Program-made: the position numbers and the translations under genes | NCBI GenBank assembly: GCA_965225945.1 | Contig: CBDDBZ010000031.1 | Span: 96,001 to 160,000 of the forward strand | Length of the DNA stretch: 64,000 nt | Reading direction: 5' to 3' | Origin: Alphaproteobacteria bacterium | GTDB lineage: Bacteria; Pseudomonadota; Alphaproteobacteria; GCA-2731375 | Part shown: piece after piece, positions 56,092 through 64,000 of the stretch | Numbering within the stretch: the stretch's first letter is position 1 | Layout of the letters: every line of letters starts with the position of its first letter | Notes under the pieces: generated by a model | Told to the model about the DNA's origin: nothing | Database searches by the model: none | What the model saw: the letters and a program-made list of their open reading frames with translations, nothing else

Positions 56092-57431
56092 GCTTGTGTA
56101 GCGTGAGGTCTGGAAATTTGGCTTCGCCCCGCGCCGGGGTATACCCCGGCGCGGGGCGATCCGTCATTTTGGTTATCCATGAAAGCGTCCAAACAAACAT
56201 GGAGAACCAGTATGCGGAAAGACCAGGATAGCGCTGTCGAGGCTTTGGTGGAACAATTGATCGAAGGCGGTAGCGAGAACATGGCGCCGGTCTTCGCCGG
56301 CCTTTTCAATCTCGCCATGCGGATCGAGCGGGAGAGGTTCTTGGGCGCCGGCCACTATGAGCGCACGCCCGAGCGGCGGGGATACGCCAACGGCACCAGA
56401 CCCAAGAAGATCGACACCCCGGCCGGTACGGTGAGGCTCGAGGTTCCCAAGACCGCCGGTCATGAGGCGCCTTTTTACCCCCAAGCCCTGGAGCGCGGAC
56501 GGCGCTCCTGCCGCGCTGTCATGCTGGCCGTGGCGGAGATGTATATCAAAGGCGTCTCCACCCGTGACGCCGAGGCGGTGATGCGCGAGTTCGGCCTGGA
56601 GAGCCTGTCGTCGAGCCAGGTCAGCCGCGCCGCCAAGCTCTTGGATGGGGAGCTGGATGCCTGGCGCAACCGGCCGCTGGGCGAGATCCGCTACCTGCTC
56701 CTCGACGCGCGCTATGAGAAAGTCCGAGAGGGTGGCGTGGTGCGCGACGCCGCCGTGCTCTCGGTGATCGGCATCGGCCCCGACCAGCGCCGCCGGGTGC
56801 TCGGTGTTTCCTGTGCGCTCTCCGAGGCCGAAGTGCACTGGCGCGCCTTCCTGGAGACCCTGGTTGCCCGTGGCATGCGCGGTGTCGCCTATATCGTTTC
56901 CGATGATCATCCAGGCCTCGGCGCCGCGCGCAAGGCCGTCCTCGGCGGCGCCGTCTGGCAGCGCTGTCAGTACCATCTGGCTCAAAACGCCATCCATCAC
57001 GCCCCCAACCTCGCCATCCGAAAGGCCATCGGCAAGGAGCTGCGCCGGGTCTGGAACGCCGCCGACGGCAAGGCCGCCGAGGCCGAGCTGGGCCATCTGG
57101 TGGCGGCCTACCGCGACAGCGCCCCCAAGCTCGCCGATTGGCTGGAGACGGCGATCCCCGAGGGCCTCGCCGTCTTCGCCCTGCCCGAGCGCCACCAAAA
57201 GCGCATGCGAACCTCGAACCCCATGGAGCGATCCATCCAGCAGGAGATCAAGCGCCGCACCGTAAAGGTCAGGGTCTTTCCCAACGAGGCCTCGCTCGAA
57301 CGTCTGGTCACCGCCATCCTCGTCGAAATCGACGAGAAATGGGAAACCACCGAAAAACCCTACATCACTTGGAAAGCAGAGGATGACTGATCAACGGCGT
57401 TCCGAATTTCCACACATCAGGTTGCTCAATC
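56092..57431 (+). mobile_element. IS256-family element (1340 bp)
   Basis: 28-bp imperfect IRs containing TGGAAATT; 9-bp TSD ACAAGATGA. Confidence 0.9.
56212..57390 (+). CDS. IS256 transposase
   Basis: LDARYEKVR, VSDDHPGL, WQRCQYH and RTSNPMER motifs. Confidence 0.93.
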   Translation: MRKDQDSAVEALVEQLIEGGSENMAPVFAGLFNLAMRIERERFLGAGHYERTPERRGYANGTRPKKIDTPAGTVRLEVPKTAGHEAPFYPQALERGRRSCRAVMLAVAEMYIKGVSTRDAEAVMREFGLESLSSSQVSRAAKLLDGELDAWRNRPLGEIRYLLLDARYEKVREGGVVRDAAVLSVIGIGPDQRRRVLGVSCALSEAEVHWRAFLETLVARGMRGVAYIVSDDHPGLGAARKAVLGGAVWQRCQYHLAQNAIHHAPNLAIRKAIGKELRRVWNAADGKAAEAELGHLVAAYRDSAPKLADWLETAIPEGLAVFALPERHQKRMRTSNPMERSIQQEIKRRTVKVRVFPNEASLERLVTAILVEIDEKWETTEKPYITWKAEDD

Positions 57432-57529
57432 ACAAGATGATTGGCTTGCCGCGATCGATGAATATACTCGGAAGCTTCAAGAGGCTATTGCCGAGTCCTA
57501 GACAAATTGTCCATTTTAACACTTCCACG

Positions 57530-57784
57530 TTACGTTCCGATTTCGGATCGGATCCTGTTGACGAAGGAATAGTGCAGGCCCGCCTCGTCGGCGATCCAGC
57601 GCATGGTGTCGCCTTGGTCGCGATAGGCCCGCGCCAACCCTTCCGCGCGATCGCGCTCGCGCGGGGGCGTCGAGAGTTTCGGGCGCGATCCGGCGCCGGT
57701 CGGCGGAGCTTCCGAAACCACCGTCCGCGCCGCCTCGCGGAGGCCGCCGCGGAACGCCTCGCCACCCACGACAGGCCAATGCAA
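57530..57784 (-). pseudogene. HTH fragment resembling the C-terminus of REP-associated tyrosine transposases
   Basis: RAYRDQGDTMRWIADEAGLHYSFVNRI; adjacent GGGGTCAGGTCTTGCA motif. Confidence 0.45.
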
Positions 57785-57878
57785 TATGCAAGACCTGACC
57801 CCTCAACTTCTTAGTTTGCCGATCGATAAAGTTCAATGACCCCTTTTCCCGCTGGTTTCATAACCGACATCCAAGAGC

Positions 57879-58409
57879 TTATTCAAGCAATCTAATAGAT
57901 TTTATAATATTTCTGAAAAGTTGTTTCTGATTTTCATCAATAGGTGAAAATTGTATATCAATAATACCGCCATTCGGATGGTCAATCCAAGTGATCGCTC
58001 GAAGCTGTCCTTCTTTTAAGAAGCGGCTTGAATATCCGATATATGTGTATAAATTTTCGGATAACTCAATAGTCTCACAATCCAAATTTAATATTTTGAC
58101 CTTAGTTTAATCTTTACATGTCATGGTTAATGACGAGGCTTGTTCGGGGGAAATAAACCTAACAGTCAACCATGCATCACTACCTAATGATGATCGAAAT
58201 GTATATGTCATATTCTCCTGAGGGGGAGTTGCATGGGGAATAAGAAGACTCTTTGGATAATAGAAACTCACATGATAAACTTCGCTTTCAAAAATAACTA
58301 AATCTTGCTTATCCAGCGTTTGTCCCAAACACAAATTTACGGAACAAAGAGAAAAAACAGCAATCAGAAATGATATTACATTATAATTTTTCATTTTAAT
58401 CACGAACAT
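57879..58409 (-). pseudogene. AT-rich secreted hypothetical protein with an in-frame stop
   Basis: ORFs 58107-58409 and 57879-58085 are in the same frame, separated by TAA. Signal peptide present. IS1595 is inserted between RBS and ATG. Confidence 0.65.
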
Positions 58410-58416
58410 TCTTAAT

Positions 58417-59441
58417 GGCTCAATTCGTGAATTGTATGCATTAGTGATAGAGTGCCTGGAACGTCAGGAGGTTGGGTTATGGACGGCAAGGGTTTCCAGG
58501 TGTGGCTTTCGGCGGCGCGCGGGCTGACGCGCGCGCAGCGGCGCGAGGCGCTCGCGGTGCTGTCGGGCCGGAGCGAGGGCGAGGCATCGAAGGCCGCGAT
58601 CGAGCTTGGTGTGGACGAGGCCCGGCGCTGTCCGCACTGCGCGAGCGAAGGGGCGGTTTCGCGCGGTATGGCGCGGGGTCTGCGGCGCTACCAGTGCAAG
58701 GGCTGCGGCAGGACCTTCAACGCGCTGAGCGGTACGCCGCTGTCGGGCTTGCACCACAAGGAACGCTGGCTGTCGTTCGGGGCGTCGCTGGCGAAGGGGG
58801 AGACGGTGAAGGCGTCGGCGGCGCGCTGCGACGTGGCGGTGAGCACGGCGTTCCGCTGGCGTCACCGGTTTCTGGCGGCGGCGCGGAGCGATTCGGAGGT
58901 GCTCAAGGGGATCGTGGAAGCGGACGAGACCTACGTCCTGGAGAGCCGGAAGGGCGCGCGCGGGCTGGGGCGCAAGGCACGGCGGCGGGGCGGCAAGGCG
59001 AAGAAGCGCGGCCTCTCGCGCGAGCAGGTACCGGTTCTCATGGCGGCGGACCGGAGCGGAACGACGGTCAGCGCGGTGCTGCCCAGGGTCGATGCGGCGG
59101 CGCTCACGGCTGCCCTCGACCCGGTGGTCGCGAAGGACGCCCTGCTGGTCTCCGACGGCGGCGCGAGCTACCCACCGTGCGCCGCCGCGCTCGGGGTGAG
59201 CCACGAAGCACTCAACCGCTCGATGGGGGAACGGGTTCGGGGCGATCTGCATGTGCAGACGGTGAACAGCCGCCACAGCCGGTTGAAGGACTTCCTGCGT
59301 CCCCGCCGCGGCATCGCCACCCGCTATCTGGACAACTACCTGAGCTGGTTCCACCTCGTCGGCCTCGCCCCCGGCGCCAATGACCGAGCCTGCCTCGCCG
59401 CCGCCGTAACAAGGTGACGCATACAATTCACGAATTGAGCC
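58417..59441 (+). mobile_element. IS1595-family element, copy 2
   Basis: Same 23-bp IR as copy 1; TSD TTCTTAAT; transposase at 58452-59417. Confidence 0.95.
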
Positions 59442-59498
59442 TTCTTAATTGTCCCTTCTTGAGGTTCTAACCGGGATACCCCAGATGGCTCCTCCCAA

Positions 59499-60949
59499 GG
59501 GGATGTCCCGGGCTCTGTTGAAAAGCTGAAGTAGGCGTCGTCCGCCTGGAGCCGCTAGGCTCTGGGTGCTGATTCCATCAAGGAGAACGACGCCATGACC
59601 AAGACTACACGCAACGACCGTTCCTCGGAACCATCCTGTCGGCTCTTGCCATCGATGCCGGAGGCCTTCGACGATCTGCGCATGAGCGTCGATCGCTTCT
59701 GCCTTTTGGCGGGCCTCGAGTCTTTGAACGAGATGATGTCGGCGGACGCGGAAGCCTTGTGCGGTTCGCGCCACGCCCGCTCGGGCGAGCGCAAGGGCCA
59801 TCGATGGGGCACGACCCGGAGCGAGATCGCCTACCACGGCGGCAAAGTGAAGGTCGAGCGCCCTCGGGTGCGGGACTTCGCGGGTCGGGAGATGAGCCTG
59901 CCGAGTTGGGAGCTGCTGTCGGAACCCGAACTCTTGCAAGCCTGGGCGATGAATCTGATGGTGATCAACGTCTCGACCCGCAAGTATGCCCGCGCGGTGC
60001 GCCTGCCGGACGATGCGGGCGGCGATCTGCCGGCGGCATCGGGTGACGCAACCTCGAAGTCGGCGGTCTCGCGCCGTTTCGTGGCGTTGACGCGAAGCAA
60101 GCTGAAGGCCTGGCTGGCGAGCCCGCTCGACGATCTCGATCTCGTGGTGCTCCAGATCGACGGGCTCCATGTCGGCGATCACCTGATGGTGGCGGCGATC
60201 GGCATCGACACCGGCGGCGCGAAGCACGTGCTGGGCCTGGCCGAGGGCGCGACGGAGAACGCGGCCACGGTGCAAGCCATGCTCGACAACCTGATCGAGC
60301 GCGGTCTCGATCCCGAACGGCCTCGGCTCTACATCGTCGACGGCGCCAAGGCGCTCTCGAAGGCGATCCGGCGGACCTTCGGGCGGGCGGCGGCCCTCCA
60401 GCGCTGCCAGGTGCACAAGGGGCGCAACATCACGGACCGGCTGGACGAGAGCCTCCATGCCGGCGTCAGGAAGGTCTTGCGGCAGGCCTGGCAGCAGGAC
60501 GACGCGGCCAAGGCCGAACGGCTCTTGCGCAACCTCGCCCGCCGTCTGGAGCATGACGCACCCGGCGTCTCGGGCTCGATCCTGGAGGGCCTGGACGAGA
60601 TCCTGACCGTGATCCGGCTCGGCCTCCCGCCGCAACTTCGACACTCGCTGGCTTGCACCAACGCCATCGAGAACGCGATCGGCACCGTCCGGACGGTGCA
60701 GCGGAACGTCAAGCGCTGGCGCAACGCCGAGATGGCGCTGCGTTGGACCGCCGCCGGCCTCTTGGAGGCGCAAAAGACCTTCCGCCGCCTCAAGGCCTAC
60801 CGCCAGCTCCCCGTCCTTGACGCCGCCCTGCGGGAGGCGGTGAGAAAGGCCGGAGCAAAGTCCGTCATTGAAGACATCGAGGTGGCCGCGTAGCCTCTCG
60901 ATCAGACGATGCCTATCTCGCACTTTTCAACATTGGGCGGGACATCGCC
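59499..60949 (+). mobile_element. IS256-family element, copy 2 (intact)
   Basis: TSD CCTCCCAA; transposase at 59595-60893. Confidence 0.95.
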
Positions 60950-61018
60950 CCTCCCAATCGCCGACAATGGTAGCACAATCGGCATCCGAACGCGATTCCA
61001 ACCCCGAGCTGTCCGATA

Positions 61019-61126
61019 GCATTACGGTGACAGTGCACTTAATCTCAGGTCGTGGAACCGAGGTCAATTAAGTGCACTGTCACCGTAATGCCCACCGTAA
61101 TGCCAAGTGCACTGTCACCGTAATGC
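61019..61126. repeat. REP/REPIN-like inverted repeat cluster
   Basis: 25-bp perfect IR GCATTACGGTGACAGTGCACTTAAT (61019-61043 / 61067-61091), plus partial copies at 61093-61103 and 61105-61126. Confidence 0.85.
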
Positions 61127-61510
61127 CAGCCACGCCGCGTCGTCCGCGTCGCCCATGTGCTTCAGGCCCGAGTACTGGTGAATCGCCGCCGGGTTGGCCA
61201 AGTGAACCTCGAGGCCGGCGTCCATCAGACCGTCGACCAGCCAGTACCAGTTGTAGGTCGACTCCACCACTACCCCCGAAAGCGCCTCCTGGTACGGCGC
61301 CAGGGCAGCGACGATCAGCCCGAGCTCGTTACGCAGCCGCTTCTTGAAGACAATCTTGTCGGCCTCGTCGATCACCACCACGACGCTGTTGGTGGAGTGC
61401 AAATCAATCCCGCAGTAGTATCTCATCTCGGTCTCCTCTTCCGGTTCTGGTTGAGCTCTCGCAAACTTCACCAGTGTACCGGTCGAGGAGACCGGCCTAG
61501 ATGATTATCA
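61115..61510 (-). mobile_element. IS110-family 5' remnant (non-coding end plus truncated DEDD transposase 61115-61426)
   Basis: YCGIDLH, VVEST and DADDAAWLA motifs; truncated at the repeat cluster. Confidence 0.85.
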
Positions 61511-61524
61511 AGTCTTTCATTTTG

Positions 61525-62944
61525 TGAGTCGGACCCGATTTCCTTGGACACAGAATTGGCTTAATCGAAGTGTCCAAGGAGGACCGGAACATGACCGACA
61601 ATTTTGAGAACAAAGTTGCTGTTGATGGGCCTGTGGTAAACGAGGGCGAGCTTGGCTCGTCCACGTTTTCCCCGGGCCAGGTTTCGCCGGCAGGCCCGCT
61701 GGGACTTGGCCAGCGGTGGACGGTGACGCGCAAGCGTGAGGTTGCCCTGCGGCTTTTGCGTGGCGAGCCGGTGGAACTTTTGTCGCGGCAGTTGGGCGTG
61801 GAGATTTTCCGGCTCGAGCAGTGGCGTGAGAAGGCGATCGCCGGGATCGATGCCTCGCTCAAGGAACGCAAGGGCGATCCGGTAAAGGCGGAACTGGACA
61901 TCGCCATGAAGCGGATCGGGGAGTTGATCATGCAGGTGGAACTGCTGGAGGCCAAGACGGAGACGTCCGGCCCTTTGGGGCGGCGGAGGTCGCGGCGATG
62001 AGTGCCGCCACCTCTCCCGGCACGGGTTTGGCCTACGGCCTTCAGCGGGTCTGTGCGGCCTGGGGTTTTGCCCGTTCCTCGTTCTACGCCATGAAATCCC
62101 GGCAGCAGGCCACCGCTGAGCGCCCACCAGCAAAGCGCCGGGGACCGAAGCCCTCGATCTCGGACGAGGCTCTGCTGGTGGCCATCGAGGCCGACCTGGA
62201 GGCATCCCCCTGGGAGGGCGAGGGACACCGCAAGGTCTGGGCTCGGCTTCGGGTCTGTCGTGGCATCCGTGTTTCCCGCAAGCGGGTGCTCCGGGTGATG
62301 CGCGAGAACAACCTGCTCTCGCCCCATCGCTGCCGCCGCCGTGGCGGAAATCCCCATGTCGGTGAGATCATCACCCATGCCCCCAACCTCATGTGGGGCA
62401 CGGACGGCGTTCGGGTGTTCACGGTGGACGACGGCTGGGGCTGGATATTCACCGCCATCGAGCATTGGAACGCCGAGTGCGTCGGCTGGCATGTGTGCAA
62501 GCGAGGCGACCGCTTCGCCGCCCTTCAGCCGATCTCCATGGGGCTTGCGAGGCTGTATGCCTCGACCTCCGCCGGTGCGGCGCGGGGGCTGGCCTTGCGG
62601 ATGGATCACGGCTCCCAGTATCTGTCGGACCACTTCACCAACCAGATCAAGTTCTGGGGCATCCAGCCGTCCTACGCCTTCGTCGAACAGCCCCAGACCA
62701 ACGGCGTCGCCGAGAGGTTCAATCGCACGCTCAAGGAACAGATCATCCATGGCCGCATCTACCGCAACATCGCGGAGCTGCGGAACGCCGTCCGCGGGTT
62801 CGTCGAACAGTACAATGCCCAGTGGATCGTGGAGAAGAACGGCTACCTGAGCCCCGCTCAAGCTCGTCAGGCGTGGCACACCGCGATGTCACTCAGGCCC
62901 GCCGCATGAGACAAACTTGTGTCCAAGGAACCGGGTGCGATACA
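61525..62944 (+). mobile_element. IS3-like element (orfA 61591-62001, orfB integrase core 61998-62909)
   Basis: TG...CA termini with IR containing TTCCTTGGACACA; WGTD, MDHGSQY and NGVAERFNRTLKE DDE motifs; ATGA overlap. Confidence 0.88.
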
Positions 62945-63043
62945 AAGTCTTGCATTTTGCATAGCGGTCAAACGGCACCCATCTCCGCTGACCCATAGTG
63001 CGCGCATCTCGTGCGCGAGAGAATCGATCATTCATTAATAGTA

Positions 63044-63129
63044 CTGTTGGTGATGGCGGTCGAGAAGTGGCCGGTCGGGTCGGGCAAGGGCATCAAGGGG
63101 AGCGGCTTCGCCGCCGGCGCCGCGCGGCT
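63044..63129 (+). pseudogene. Internal fragment of the IS1595 transposase at 37887-38989
   Basis: LLVMAVEKWPVGSGKGIKGSGFAAGAARL. Confidence 0.8.
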
Positions 63130-63280
63130 GCATCCTGCAATACGGTATATTGTATATAAATTAGCAAAATCGGAGAATTTGCAGAACGAAATCCCACCGG
63201 CCGCACGCGGCTCAAGAAAGTTGCTCAATGATTTCAATGCTTTGATCAATGCGTTCATATTCTGAATTCAAGATGTACTG

Positions 63281-63489
63281 CTGGCCGTGGGTTTCTTCGT
63301 TTTTCCCTTGGTCGCCACCGTTCCGTCCCCCGATGTTAAGTACGTGACGTGAATTAAACTCCGGTTCGGTTTTCAGAACAATCAAGAATTAGCCGGATCG
63401 CCTCCTCAATGCGCCTGCGCCGGCCCTTGCCTGCAGTCCAAGGAGACACACTACATATAGTGGGTGTGGGTGATAACCGGATAGGCAAG
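63281..63489. mobile_element. One-ended partial copy of the 756-bp mini-transposon
   Basis: Matches 42623-42831 including one full IR; flanked by a 47-bp direct repeat. Confidence 0.9.
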
Positions 63490-63841
63490 CTTTGATCAAT
63501 GCGTTCATATTCTGAATTCAAGATGTACTGCTGGCGTATCGTCGTTTTGGCCCGCGAAGGGCCCGGATCGGCGTCACCTTGTGATGTCGCGGGGCTCGAA
63601 TGGCGCGCCGGTTCGCCGAAATCCGGGCTGAATCGGGCGATCGTCCATCGGGACGGCGAGGTGATGCCCGCGCGCCATGCCCCGGGCGCGAGGCCCATGC
63701 GCCAGTCGCCAAGTGACGCAAATCTAGCAAATCGGTGACGCGGAATTGGAAGATTTGCCGCGCGGCAGCACTAGACTCGTGGTCGCGGCGACGTGAGATG
63801 ACGAGGTTTGGGATGTATTCCAGGGACGGGAGGACCAAGCC

Positions 63842-64000
63842 TTGAATCAAAACGTGATCCTGACATGCGCGGTCACCGGCGCGGGCGACACCGTGGGCAA
63901 GCATCCCGCGATCCCCGTGACCCCGGCCGAGATCTCGGGTGCGGTGTTGGAGGCGGCGGATGCCGGCGCCACCATCGCTCATATCCACGTCCGCGATCCC
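63842..64000 (+). CDS. Beta-keto acid cleavage enzyme (3-keto-5-aminohexanoate cleavage family), partial
   Basis: GGGAGG RBS, TTG start, VILTCAVTG...IPVTP.EI...[13 protein letters not shown]. Runs off the window. Confidence 0.85.
   Translation, partial: MNQNVILTCAVTGAGDTVGKHPAIPVTPAEISGAVLEAADAGATIAHIHVRDP

Larger units (their letters stand above)
53668..57501 (+). pseudogene. PD-(D/E)XK nuclease-like gene disrupted four times
   Basis: Removing the insertions gives ...HDEAWLQKLIY|RFPQVLP...YIDNL...IAECKL...QIVDY...LA*QDDWLAAIDEYTRKLQEAIAES. Confidence 0.75.

Overview
GC-rich, Alphaproteobacteria-like chromosomal window with no rRNA, tRNA or CRISPR array recognised. The backbone is metabolic. 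It carries an ACP-FAAL-acyltransferase fusion, a CDF transporter, bolA, acyl-CoA and CoA-transferase genes, a Rieske oxygenase pair, an MttB-family plus GcvT-family betaine/methylamine pair, an ornithine decarboxylase-like gene and the start of a BKACE gene. It is heavily invaded by insertion sequences (IS630, IS1595, IS256, IS3-like, plus IS110, IS91 and ISL3 remnants) and has many decaying genes. Most IS ends and target-site duplications (TSDs) could be read directly. Notable structures: (1) a 756-bp transposase-less mini-transposon with perfect 43-bp inverted repeats (IRs) containing an NrdR-box-like motif and a passenger gene, with a one-ended second copy; (2) two cargo islets, each bracketed by a diverged duplicate of a resident gene's 5' region, one carrying amtB, a non-canonical PII and glnA; (3) a tyrosine recombinase preceded by a perfect 16-6-16 recombination-site-like palindrome; (4) a REP-like/RAYT-remnant locus with an IS110 remnant joined to a REP-like motif; (5) a short insertion in a monooxygenase gene matching an IS1595 internal sequence. 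All product calls come from motif recognition only; no database search was run.
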